NCBI GenBank assembly: GCA_964016885.1
Contig: OZ024742.1
Span: forward strand, 251,906,001 to 251,970,000
Source: Eledone cirrhosa
Lineage: Eukaryota
DNA length: 64,000 nucleotides
Direction of reading: 5' to 3'
The notes under the pieces were generated by a model, which was given only the letters and a program-made list of their open reading frames with translations, ran no database searches and was not told where the DNA came from. Below, piece after piece: positions 24,056 to 37,677 of the stretch (position 1 is its first letter; every line of letters starts with the position of its first letter). A program made the position numbers and the translations under genes.

Positions 24056-24793
24056 ATTAAACTAAATTAGTTCAAGAAATCGAATATGAGTCCCATAAAA
24101 GAAAGCATCTTGAACACAAGTTTTGTTTATTTTCACTTTATTGTTTGCTATTTTATATAGTTAAAGCAAAACAACACACACACAAAGTATGTACCTCATA
24201 ATGAAATAATTTATTTAAACCCCATTTCGTTTACACGTTAATCTGAGAACAGTGAAGTTAATATCTTGATGGGATTGTCCTATCTCCACCCATCTATCAT
24301 TACATTTACTTCTAACATGACAGAATTAGCTAAAATAAATGTCTACATCCTTGTGACGTTTTCTATACGTCCACGTTGCATTTTTCTTTTTCTTTTTTAA
24401 TGTTGCATCGGGTTAATTTTATTATTGTAGGTAGTGAAAACGCAGACAGTGTGACGAAATTTTTGACACTAACAAATCAATAAATGTAATGTGAAGTTAA
24501 GTTTTTGAATTGCTAAAGTTACACTACCATGCAATGACTTTAGTTTCAACACGGGGTCTCAGATCATCTACGCAACTTTCTTGTGGAGAATGTTAAAGCA
24601 TAGTAATCGATTAAATGAAAATGTCGGTTTCTCTTCATTATATTTTGGTGTTAAAATTATTTTGATAATTATCTTGAATAATATCTAATGAGATTAGATG
24701 TGTGTATTACATGCTCCTGTGTTTTTTTTCTCTTCCTGTTTTCCCTTTCATTTGTATAAATTATATTTGTTTGTGCTATTGTTCTGTAAGCAC

Positions 24794-24895
24794 CGCCGAG
24801 GTTAACTTTGCCTTTCATCGTTACGGGGTCGATAAAATAAAGTACCAGTAATACACTGGGTAATTGCTGGCCTTGTGCCAAAAGTAGAAACAATT
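24794..24895 (+). mobile_element. Meta-domain-like SINE, 5'-truncated
   Basis: cgccgaggttaactttgcctttcatc...ggggtcgataaaataaagtaccagta, nearly identical to 55407-55508. Confidence 0.8.
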
Positions 24896-25487
24896 ATATT
24901 ATTATACAACTGTAAATAAAATATGAATCTAAAAAACAACAACATAATAATCATATTACGAAGATGTTCTTAATAGAAGTTACTTAAAACTGTAAATTGT
25001 GTGATAGAATGTCAACACTTACCTTCACTTCAAGTCATGAAAAGCATACACTAATATTTGTTTGAAATGTTTGTTTGTTTTATATACTAGTTACCTAGCT
25101 TCACGATCATAATATCCCATGAAAACGATTACAGATAATGAAATAGGTGAATGCAGAATTAACAGCCTGTTACACAATTTTTTCTTAGAAAAATGTCACT
25201 TTCCTGCGAAATACATGTCAATCAAACAAAATAGGTTATCGTGCATTGATAATACTACTGCGAACACACTATCTTGCAGTATATGTGTAAATAAGGTGGC
25301 AAATTAAAAATAACTTTGTTTTTCTTTTAGTTTAATGTGTTCTAGATCAACTTTCATCTTTTCGAGGACGATAAATAAAGTATTAGTCCAATCCTAGAGA
25401 GCGATGGGTTCCACCAGGTTTCAAAGTGCCCATGTCACGCCATGCGCCCCTACACCTCCATCAGTAATTAAGGGCGCTTTACCTTAT

Positions 25488-25531
<44 letters not shown>

Positions 25532-25569
25532 TTAAAACAATATGGTTTGCCTGACTCAATTTAAAGTAA

Positions 25570-26127
25570 TCTATTTATATAAAACTGAGGATGTCTGTCT
25601 GTGAGTTTGAATCCCTAAAATTCGAGAAGTACCCAACCGATTTTTTTCAAACTTTACATGTGTATTACTTATGTTTCAGGGAGTGTTATGCACATAAAAA
25701 AATTAGGTGAAAAACTGCGTTTTTTTTTTCAGCTTTTTATGGGTGTTTTGAGGCGTTACGTCAGACCGATTTCCTTGAAATTGTAATTATGTATTAGTCA
25801 GTCTATGTCAGACCGATTTGCTTGAAATTGTAATTATGTATTAGTCAGTTTCTTCTTCATACCGTGATCAAAGAAAATCCAACTTTTTATGTCCTAGGGC
25901 CCGCATTAGATGAAAAACTTCATTTTTTTCAGCTTTTTAAGGCTTTTTTGAGATGTTACGTCTAGCCGATTTTCTCGAAATTTCAAGGCATATTATGCCA
26001 GCCATCAGAGTATTCGGTTTATTTTCTTTACATATTGTCCAGGCATGCAGTTTTTCCACGATTAGGTCTGTTGGCGGCCCGCGTTCCAAAATACCTTATC
26101 CCGCGCAACGCCGGGTACAACTGCTAA
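25570..26127 (+). mobile_element. Non-autonomous Helitron-like element
   Basis: a|TCtatttatataaaa 5' end, (gtct)n near the 5' end, 3' GC hairpin cccgcgcaacgccggg, CTAA (CTRR)|t terminus, internal tandem duplication at about 25760-25848. Confidence 0.7.
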
Positions 26128-26130
26128 TAA

Positions 26131-26357
26131 ATCAATAAAAATAAACCTATATCGGGCAATAGCCTTTGATACCCGGACAGACCAAAATCTGTTTCGCAAG
26201 AATTATTAAGTGAAAACTAGAATTCCTGTGCTCATCTGTGGGTATCCAGGAAAATTCGTACCTTTCACTTCCAAGGAAACACTTTTTGCAAAACAGATTT
26301 TGGTCTGTCCGGGTATCAAAGGCTATTGCCCGATATAGGTTTGTTATTTTTATTGAT
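26131..26357. mobile_element. MITE-like inverted repeat (about 70-bp arms)
   Basis: aaacctatatcgggcaatagcctttgatacccggacagaccaaaatctgttt occurs in exact reverse complement at about 26288-26342. Confidence 0.85.
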
Positions 26358-27180
26358 AGGTGTTCATCAGGGCTCCGTCCTCAGCCCACTTATGTCTATT
26401 ATAGTTCTTCAGGACATAACTGAGTAGTTTAAGACTGACTGTTCTTGGGAACTTCAGTATGCTGATGACTTAGTTCTTATTGCTGAATCTATGGAAGAGC
26501 TGGAGAAGAAATTCCTAGTGTGGAAACAGAACATAGAATAAAAAGGCTCAGAGTAAACTTAGCAAATATCATAATTTTAGTAAGTAGGAAAGACAGGATT
26601 CCAGCCCTTTCAGGGAAGTGACTGCACAATTTGTAGAAAATGAGTTGGTAAGTACTCTATATGATGTAAAACTTGGGTACACAAGAGGTGTAGTGGTATT
26701 GTAGGTAGACTAACAGAAAAGATAGACTTTGTGTATGAGAGATGCACAAAGGTCGCTAGTAGTAAGAGCCCGAGTGTAATAATCTTTCTCCAATCCTGGG
26801 AAAGCTCCAAAGTAGTTGATATCTGTTATCTAGGTAACCGAATCAGCAGTGGAGTTTGCTCTGAAAGTATAGAGCCTAGATTGAGAACAGGATGGAAAAA
26901 GTTCAGAGAATTACTGCCTCTTTTGACATCAAAAAATTTCTCCCTATGAATGTTGGGCTAGCTGTATGATGCCTGTGTGTGAAATACAATGTTGCATGGA
27001 AGTGAAACATGGAAAGTAAATGCAGATATGTGATGTTAATACACATGGATGGGCTGAGATTAAAACTAGGAATCAAATGTGTGCAAGAGAGAAGACTGCA
27101 TTTGTATAGACGTGATGTGTATGGATGATGAACATTGAATGAAGAAGTATGAGGAGTTCCCAGTGGAAAGAGGCTGCAGT
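26358..27180 (+). mobile_element. Old RTE RT fragment
   Basis: GVHQGSVLSPL, YADDLVLIAESMEELEKKF, degenerate PHD, CYLGNRISSG, GWKKFRELLPLL. Confidence 0.85.
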
Positions 27181-27659
27181 TAGAAATAATGGAACTGTAT
27201 TCAAACTGCAACATAAAAATATAAATGATCAGTTGATTGAGCAGCAATATGCTCTTTTTTTTTCAGTTTTATTGGAATGTATCTTTCATGACGAGAAATT
27301 GATATTAGTAAAAGATGAAATATAGCAGACCTTTGAACTAGTTTGAAAACATAATACATATTTATGTCCAAAAGATTACAGAGATTGAGATTAGTTGAAG
27401 ATAACCTAAATATAACTAATTGCTGAGTTTATCAGACAAATTAATTTTAGTAAGGTTGAAATAATGATTGTATTTACAACACAGATACATAAAAAATACA
27501 ATCTATGAGCCCATGATACAGCAGAATGTCAATTTATGATAACTACTCCACTTCAATAGTTAAATAATATATATGATTAATGAGTATACATTTAAACATA
27601 TGCAAAGTTTTACTTCAAGTATTTTGTGAAAAATAAACAAGAAAAGAGAATATTTTTTA

Positions 27660-28990
27660 GGTAAGCCAACACACTCGCAGCATTACTGTGGGTGATAGTG
27701 AGGCTAAGGTGCTAGAATAATCAAGCACAGGCATCAACTAATAGCTCAGTAAGGCGAACTGCCAAAATTGATAGGAACTCCAGGGTCAACAGCCCAGCTC
27801 CGATAAATGTCACAAACGCCATAGGCTTGAAAAGATAGTTTCTTGATAATTTCTGGTATTTTATAATTTTATTCCATTCAGCTACAGAAGCAATGATCTT
27901 CAACTTTACTGCAGCATCCAGGATGTGAGAAGGAGCAAAAGAGTCATTGACTGTGGCATCTCAAATGCGACATATACCTCTTATCCAGGGACAAAGGGTA
28001 AGACCATCTGGTCTCTTCCCATCAGCTCAGAACAATCCAGCTGGCTTCAGTATTGAGGGGATATTTATGAGCCAGGATCCACTTAATAATTAAGTTGAGT
28101 TCAGTACGGCAATTGAAATGACCAGCATTCAGGTGGAATGACAAACCATGGAGACCTGAGGAATCAAGGAACATATCACATAGACATTTCCATCCCAAAC
28201 AGACAACATCTCCCTCTTTGAGTGCAATGGAGATGTGGAGCTCCTCCAAACTGAATAGGCCACTGATTTTGGCCATGAGTGTCAACCCAGTCAACAAAGG
28301 AGAGAATGTTAATCACCAAAGGGAAGCAAGCATGGATAGAGGAAAGAGGGTAGGGAAGTGACAGAGATGTGCATTTACACAGACCTAGGCTCCAAAATTC
28401 TTTGGGCAATGCAGTCTGGTTATGAGACTCTGGAGAGATTCTGAGATTGACCTAGTATTCAAGTTTACCAAAGATTAGGTCGTCAAAATGTTGTAGTGAT
28501 GACAAAAATCTTTATGAAGGACTGGCTCTAAGCATGTACAATTGCTTAGGAATCAACAGGTAATCCATAAGTATAAAAAAAACATTGAGCTCTGTGTCAT
28601 TGAGTGATGGACTGCAATAGAAGGAAGGATTTAGTGAACAAGTCTATAGTCAGCTGATATTGTGAAGCTGGGAGATTGAGGATCCAGAGCCACATTTAAA
28701 ATTGTTTAGATGCAGTTCCTCAATCACAGTTAAGACCTTTTCTGAGAGTCTTCCCAAGCAAATATCGTCAAGCTACTAGACATTCAAATCCAAGTCAGCT
28801 CCTATCATAGTAACATCATCAATGCCCTCTGCAAATAGAGCAAGTTCGAGTGGGTCATCTTGTTGAATACCTAAGGGGAATGAAATGGTCACCAAAGGAG
28901 AGGTAGGAACGTTTCCCGATAATCCTATCAAGCAAAGTGGTAGGTCTCTGAGGCCCTTTCTTCTACTGAACTGAGGATAACATCATGAAC
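27660..28990 (-). mobile_element. CRE-like (RLE-type) non-LTR retrotransposon relic
   Basis: Minus translation: GIQQDDPLELALFA, LDDICLG, HGLS...LNLIIKWILAHKYPLNTEA, GKRPDGLTLCPWIRG..DATVNDSFAPSH, AEWNKIIKY. This is RT followed by a CCHC-like region and a PD-(D/E)xK nuclease. Clade assignment from remembered motifs only. Confidence 0.7.
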
Positions 28991-30074
28991 GATAGAGTTT
29001 AACCCTTTAGCATTTACATTACTCTATATTTACTATTGTATTTTTATGGTAAAGGCTTTATCTCTCATAATTATCTCACATAATATCAAAGCTATGAGAT
29101 TTTGATGTTATTTATTTTGAGAACAATGCCTTAACATCAGTATGAACAGCCAATTACAGCTGGTTTGACCAGAAAGAGGTGAGAGAACTCTGGCTGGATA
29201 TGGCCAGTTTAAATGCTAAAGTGTTAACCATGCAGGTATCTTGGTCACTTGACACAAAAATTGTGGTAGATCATACAATGGAAACACAAGGTCTTTACCT
29301 CAAAATATCATGAAATATATAGGGTAAAAAACATTATTTTGTTTTGTTATCCTTTTTACAGATCCATCTTTATATTTTTATTTGCATTGTACCAACTTTC
29401 CAAACACTCTCTTGGAAACAAACAAATTAACCAATAAATAGAGGAAAAAATTCATTAGAATTTTGACCTGGTTTTATGTAACCCACTACAACCTTTGGTC
29501 AGGTTACCAGTGACAAAACAAGCAACCTCACCAAGCTTGCTTAGTGAGGAAGGTGATTTTTGGACACTGCAGGATAAAAAGCAAAACCCCTTAAAGGGCA
29601 GAGGAACTCTCAGGAGAGTTACGGTCATCCAATATGAGTAAACAGAGCTTGTTAGCCTTGGTATGTCTATATGGATCACTTTAATTTCAAAACCAGAGTA
29701 GATGGGATTCCTCACTTAGCTGATAACCTTTCAAGTGGCCAATGGTTTCGTCCTTGTGATGAAGGCAGATAAGTGGTGGCTGAGTAGCCAGCTTCCAAGT
29801 AATGGTTGGATGAGAATTTTGGACCCACTAATGTCACTTTTTTTCCCGATGAGAAACATAGACATACAGACTGTTCATGATCCTTGACTCTCAGTAATGA
29901 GGATAGAAATTTAATTCACCAACAAATTATAGTATTTCAGTTACTTATTCTGTTTGAATGTGGATGTAGCAACCCATACCGCCATTGTAGATAGAGAGGA
30001 AAAAGTGATGTTACGGAATATGGTATTATTATTGAAAAACACCCCTCACCGATTTCAGTGGAAAATATTTTTTC

Positions 30075-30478
30075 GTGTGCAATCAATTAAAGTTATCTTC
30101 TTATATGCTCTGCAAAGGACTTTTTCCCCAGAAAAGAGAGGAGGAAGACCCTCGGACTTTTCACCCCCACCTTCGGAATTTTCTTTAGCATTTATTCCTC
30201 TCCTGTTTTTCGTGTGCTATCAACTAATCTTACCTCCGATCACGCTGCAACGCCCCCGTGGTTAGAGGGTAAAGAAAACTCGGGTGTGAGGGAGGGGGCA
30301 TATCCGCCCTTCTCCCTTCCATTTTCCGAGGAAAGTACTTTGCAGCATGTTCGAAAGTAAGATTATAGTAATGAAAGAGGAAAAAATATAGTAAAGCAAA
30401 CTCCGGAGGACGAGGTGGATGGGGGGGGGGGTAAAGTCCTTTGCACCATATTAGGAGGTAATTTGAATTGTGCACAAA
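30075..30478. repeat. Old degenerate fold-back (MITE-like)
   Basis: gtgcaatcaatt/aatttgaattgtgcac, tgcaaaggacttt/aaagtcctttgca and cttcggaattttcttta/taaagcaaactccggag pair in nested inverted order. Confidence 0.6.
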
Positions 30479-30944
30479 CACGAGGGGGGGGGGGGTTATT
30501 ACTATAAATTTACCCAGAATAACTTTTGCCTGTTTACTTAGGGGAGATAATTCCCATTTCTTCATAGAACTGCATTTTGTTTAGAGAGTGCAGAACAAAC
30601 TTTAATTTAATTTAGTTTGCTTCGTCGATGGTTTACGGCTATTGGAAGCAGCTCTTACCTTGATATTTTACGTGTAAAAATCAATTCGAATGTATATTTA
30701 GAAAATGCGATTATATTTCCGTCAATTTTGATACCAAAGGTAATTTTTTATATTTAAATATATCATCACCATCAATGCCGTTTAACGTCCCCTTTTCCAC
30801 GCTAGCATAGGTTAGAGGAATTGTCGTATTTTGAGACAAGCCAGATCAGATGACCGTGTTTTGTTAATACAGGACTGATTTTAGCTTGGTTTCTATGTTG
30901 TGTACTGGGTGTTTTTGTCGTGACTGGGTGTTTTTTGTCTTTGT

Positions 30945-31310
30945 CGTTAAGGTTAGACGACAAAATTGTTAACCATGTTGCCAACAACAACCCTGAGTGC
31001 CTTTTCGATTTCCATGTGTCTAACACACGTGGACATGCCCACAAAGTAAGAAAACAGCACAGTTCCCATGACTTTCGGAAACATTTTTCACGCTCAGAGT
31101 TGCTGAAGCATGGAACAAACTACTTGCATCAGTTGTTAGCTGTCGAGACACTGCATCCTTTAAGGCCTCCATGCTTCCCGAGATCCGCCAACACTACAGC
31201 TAACACATACAAACATGTACTTCCCTGACATTTGTGTATTATTCTATGTACTATATTGACGAGTTGTAGTGCACCTGAGCACTTTACACAATAATTTCAT
31301 TATTATTATT
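30945..31310 (+). mobile_element. CR1-like LINE 3' end inserted in an RTE 3'UTR (minus, about 30765-31550)
   Basis: NTRGHAHKVRKQHSSHDFRKHF..RVAEAWNKL..SVV is the typical CR1-group RT C-terminus; (att)n tail; second copy at 55822-56195. Confidence 0.8.
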
Positions 31311-31551
31311 TAGACTGGATGCTTGTCGCGACAGCTACACGACCACTTTACAGTGTGGACAGCGTTTTTTTGTCGTGGCACCAAAACGAGCAGTTTACGG
31401 TGTGGGCTGGGAAATTAATCTGGTGAAGAGTGGGGTGTTAGGGCGTTTGGTGGAGTGTTAGGACGAAGGAGGAAAAGGAATGTAGAGAAAGATGGTACAT
31501 ACAAGATGAATATTTCAACCCATCCCATGGGAAGGCGGGTCTTCTGTACTA

Positions 31552-31586
<35 letters not shown>

Positions 31587-31639
31587 TCGTTCCATGGACT
31601 AAGTGCTCTACCACTATGGATATAACCCACCAGTGTTCT

Positions 31640-31870
31640 ACTATTATATATATATATACCACCTTCATCGACCAGTCTGTCGGACGTCCATTCGGCGCCG
31701 CTGGTCACAGCACGTCGTGCTGTTTTAGCCATAAGATAACGCCATCCCACTGGCTGGGCGAGCAGGCCGGTACCTCTTCATCTCATTTCTTCAGCTGAGC
31801 AAACTGGAGCAACGTGAAATAAGGTGTCTTGCTCAAGGGAACAACACATCACCACTAAGCCATGCGCCTT
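31640..31870 (-). mobile_element. CORE-like SINE with a distinct GC-rich tail
   Basis: ctcatttcttcagctgagcaaactggagcaacgtgaaataaggtgtcttgctcaagg matches 2160-2220; flanked by (TA)n. Confidence 0.65.
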
Positions 31871-31879
31871 CATATATAT

Positions 31880-32015
31880 ATAGGAAAAAGTATGAGCCCG
31901 TCGGCAGAGCTCAAGCTGTTTCGACGGCTATTCCTATTACCCACTCTACTACCCTAAGTATTGAGTACTCTGGTCGGTTATGGTCCATCTGGTTCTTTAC
32001 CACAATTCCTTCGGT
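31880..32015. mobile_element. Second copy of the hairpin repeat, right arm deleted
   Basis: cggcagagctcaagctgtttcgac followed directly by ttcctattacccactctactaccctaagtat, as in 14177-14260. Confidence 0.8.
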
Positions 32016-33727
<1,712 letters not shown>

Positions 33728-35525
33728 GATCAGGGGAGCACTCTAGTCAGTTAGATTTTATCCTCATCAGAGGACGTGACAGATGGACGGTCGTAAACAC
33801 AAAAGCCTTCCCTAGTGAGGAATGTACATCCCAACATAGCTTAGTTGTCAGCGACCTCACGGTCAGAACTAGACGAGCCCTGAAACAGAGGCCAACCTGG
33901 AGAAGAAAGATCTGGAAGCTGAAAGTCCCCTCAACCAGTAACAGATTTAAAGATATTTTACTCAACGCCTACGACAGTAAAGAAGAACAGATAGAGACAT
34001 TTAACGTAGAAGAGAACTGGGAGTTCCTAAAAAATAACTTACTAGAGGCGACGGATGAGGTTTGTGGCTGGAGTAAGACCTCAAGCAGGAGGAGAGTGAC
34101 TTGGTGGTGGAACAATAAGGTAGATGAAGCAGTCAAGGCCAAGAGACAGGCATGGAAAGAATGGAAGAACGGGGGGAGCAGGGTACATTACATAGAGACC
34201 AAGAGGGAAGCTAGGCGACAAGTATACTTAGCTAGGAGGGAAGCAGAGGATAGAAAATTCAAGCATGTTTTACAACGTGAGGACCAGAAACAGGAGGTAT
34301 TCAAGATTGCGAGGCAGTGTGTCAGAGATAGTTGTGATGTCATTGGAGAGAAGTGTATCCGGAATGATAAAGGTGAGCTTGCCCTCACAAGTGCTGAGAA
34401 GAAAGATGCATGGAAGAGTCATTATGATAGATTACTAAATGAGGAGAATGCATGGGAAGAAGAGACCCTACCCCACGTAGACCCTATAGAGGGACCAGCA
34501 GTACAAGTCAGCGGCAGCGTAGTAAGTAAGGCAATCAGAGATATGAAGATAGGGAAGGCAACCGGTCCATCGGGTATAGCTGCCGAGATGCTGAAGGCAT
34601 CTGGGTCTGTAGGTCACACTATAACCACACGTATCGTTAACCAGGTAATACTAGAGGGGGCCATACCAAAAGATTGGTGCAGTAGCATCATTGTCAACTG
34701 CTACAAAGGTAAAGGCGATGCACTAGATAGAGGAAACTATAGAGGTATAAAGTTGATGGACCAGGTCATGAAAGTAACAGAAAGAGTTATAGCACAGCTG
34801 ATTAGGGACCGGGTGAATATAGACGAGATGCAATTTGGGTTTGTACCAGGGAAAGGCACCACTGATGCGCTCTTCCTTGTGAGGCAATTACAGGAAAAGT
34901 ACCTAGCTAAAAGTAAGCCACTCTACTTGGCATTTGTTGACCTTGAGAAAGCCTTTGACAGAGTTCCACGTGCAGTAATCTGGTGGGCTCTTAGAAAACT
35001 AGGAGTAGATGAATGGCTTGTGAAAGCGGTACAAGCCATGTATAGGGGAGCAGTCAGCAAAGTTAGGATTGGCAATGAGTATAGCGAGGAATTTAGCGTA
35101 CAGGTTGGGGTCCACCAGGGCTCTGTTCTTAGCCCTCTCCTGTTCATCATAGTCCTGCAGGCAATAACGGAGGAGTTTAAGACCGGATGCCCATGGGAAC
35201 TCCTGTATGCTGATGACCTCGCACTCATAGCTGAATCTATGGTAGAACTAGAGAATAAATTCCAAACCTGGAAGCAGGGACTAGAGAGAAAGGGCCTCAA
35301 AGTCAACATGACAAAGACTAAGGTCCTTATAAGTAGACGAGAAAACAGAACCCAGATCCCCTCAGGGAAATGGCCTTGCTCAGTATGTAGGAAAGGTGTA
35401 GGTAGGAACTCCATTCTTTGCCCCAAATGCAAACAATGGGTACACAAGAGATGTAGCGGGATCTCAGGAAGCTTAATTAAGAATGTAGGATTCACATGCA
35501 GCAGCTGTGCTGAAACAGCAAGCAA
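33728..35525 (+). mobile_element. Young RTE LINE (subfamily B): APE end, tether and RT through the PHD, frame uninterrupted
   Basis: ORF 34096 onward: GKATGPSGI, CYKGKGDALDRGNYRGIKLM, QFGFVPGKGTTDA, FVDLEKAFDRVP, GVHQGSVLSPLLF, LYADDL. The upstream frame has RSGEHSSQLDFIL. Confidence 0.95.
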
Positions 35526-36051
35526 ACATCTCTTGTGTACCCATTGTTTGCATTTGGGGCAAAGAATGGAGTTCCTACCTACACCTTTCCTACATACTGA
35601 GCAAGGCCATTTCCCTGAGGGGATCTGGGTTCTGTTTTCTCGTCTACTTATAAGGACCTTAGTCTTTGTCATGTTGACTTTGAGGCCCTTTCTCTCTAGT
35701 CCCTGCTTCCAGGTTTGGAATTTATTCTCTAGTTCTACCATAGATTCAGCTATGAGTGCGAGGTCATCAGCATACAGGAGTTCCCATGGGCATCCGGTCT
35801 TAAACTCCTCCGTTATTGCCTGCAGGACTATGATGAACAGGAGAGGGCTAAGAACAGAGCCCTGGTGGACCCCAACCTGTACGCTAAATTCCTCGCTATA
35901 CTCATTGCCAATCCTAACTTTGCTGACTGCTCCCCTATACATGGCTTGTACCGCTTTCACCAGCCATTCATCTACTCCTAGTTTTCTAAGAGCCCACCAG
36001 ATTACTGCACGTGGAACTCTGTCAAAGGCTTTCTCAAGGTCGACAAATGCC
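34929..36051. repeat. Fold-back: 526-bp inverted arms (34929-35454 / 35526-36051), 71-bp spacer
   Basis: The right arm is the reverse complement of the left. I saw only two mismatches (gttgac/gtcgac and cttgtg/ctggtg). Confidence 0.95.
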
Positions 36052-36205
36052 GAATCACCTTATTGGTATTTTATTTCTGTGGAGCTATGATCACACACAG
36101 GTTGAGATGATTAGAGAAACGGGAGTCTCCGAACGGACAGTTATAGACTGGTGCAATTTCATTAGAGAAATTTGTGAGCAGTATTTGCGGCAGAGAGTTG
36201 GGGCC
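36047..36205 (+). mobile_element. Merlin/IS1595-like (ISXO2) transposase fragment
   Basis: ILFLWSYDHTQVEMIRETGVSERTVIDWCNFIREICEQYL resembles the HTH segment TVxDWxNFxRExC that precedes the DDE domain of Merlin transposases. Confidence 0.7.
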
Positions 36206-36507
36206 AACAAGTTTGGCGAAATGATGAACTGTATTGCAGCTATTTATATGGCGTAGTAAACATTTAAATAATGTTGGTAATTAAAAATTTTATATGAAAT
36301 AAACACACACGAAAAACAATCATGAAAAACAATCAAGTTATTTTGGGGTTTAATGAAAATAAATAATCGAAATGAAAATAAATTTACTTTCATTATCCAC
36401 GACGTTAGATAAATTTACTTTCATTATCCGCGACGTTTCGTTTAATAAACTATCGAAAATGAAAATAAATTTACTTTCATTCTTGACACCGCTAATAGTA
36501 AGGAACG

Positions 36508-36635
36508 CCCTTTATTTTATCGACCCCGTAAGGATGAACGGCAAAGTTAACCTCGGCGGGATTTGAACTCAGATCATAAATGGCCGTAACTCTTTGCTGC
36601 AAAGAATGGCGTCCGACCCCAACCGATACTGCCAA
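36508..36635 (-). mobile_element. Meta-domain-like SINE
   Basis: Reverse complement of 55330-55455. Confidence 0.8.
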
Positions 36636-37204
36636 GGGCCTGTAATTGTATTGAGCTATTTAAGGTGTAATACGACTGAAATAAGTTTATTTCAGTCTAT
36701 ATATATGTACAGCCACCGGAAATAACATCTGTGAAATATACAGCTCCATCTATCTGCTTAGCTAGCTACCTCACCGTGAAACAAACAACCCTTAAAGGTC
36801 ATCAGAATAAAACGCCTACACAGCGGCTAAACATCAAACGATTATTTCTGTATAGATAGAGTGGTTCCAAACACTTTCGCCAGTCGACCTTTGGCAGAGT
36901 AAATTCGCGTATCGTTGTTCCTCTCCTCTGCCACGCCTTGTACCTCTGTATCGTCGCTTCATGTGAAAATAAATAGCTGATCGAAACTACATCTATCGCC
37001 TTGCTCGTCCTTTCGTCTGTTAATCCTTACCGTATGTGACAACAGTTCTTTTAAGGGCTATCTTCAGATCTGATCAGACCGTATGCGATAAGGGCTATTC
37101 TCGGATCTGATCAGAAGTAGTGACCAGACTGACTAACCACGTCGCTACCATATAAATATGTGTGTGTTAAGGTATCGATACATATTAAATGTGATATATA
37201 TAAC

Positions 37205-37677
37205 ACGTATTTTTCGGAATATAGGATACACTCTAAATTTAACATGAATATCCAGGAAAAATAAAATTAAAGGGGATTAACGCTATTAAAATTTTAATCA
37301 CTTTCAGATCTTATAAAATCAGACTACTGTCATCCTCATTGATTTTCTGGCTGTCACCCTTGTCTAGTTCCTGAAATTCATCATCTTCTACGGGGTCATC
37401 GCTGTTTTCAGAATTGTGTCGCTATCATTATACGGAAAATCATCTTCGGTGCCAAATTTATTTGTTCTTCTTAATCATTTTTTTTTTTCTTAATGAAGTA
37501 GGTATACTTCGAAAATTTAAACAAAAGTCTAAATATAAATATTTCCTGCTTTTTAATTGTAAAATTTTTACATACGGTAATTACCCCAAACCTGACTTTC
37601 GCCTTATAAGACGCACAGCGATTTTGAGGGTTACATTTTTTTGGGGAAAAGCGCATCCTATATTCCGAAAAATACGG
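37205..37677. mobile_element. pogo/Tigger-like MITE
   Basis: TIRs cgtatttttcggaatataggat / atcctatattccgaaaaatacgg followed by TA; subterminal ccttataagacgcac. Confidence 0.8.

Noticed and set aside
34096-36090. 664-aa ORF as a novel RT-fusion protein
   Set aside because: The C-terminal ~190 aa is just the antisense reading of the inverted arm. The RT lacks its YLG/thumb region, so a functional enzyme is unlikely.
36360-37115. Short tandem duplications (36360-36480, 37055-37115; also 4470-4550 and 59513-59610)
   Set aside because: Ordinary slippage-type duplications with no further structure.
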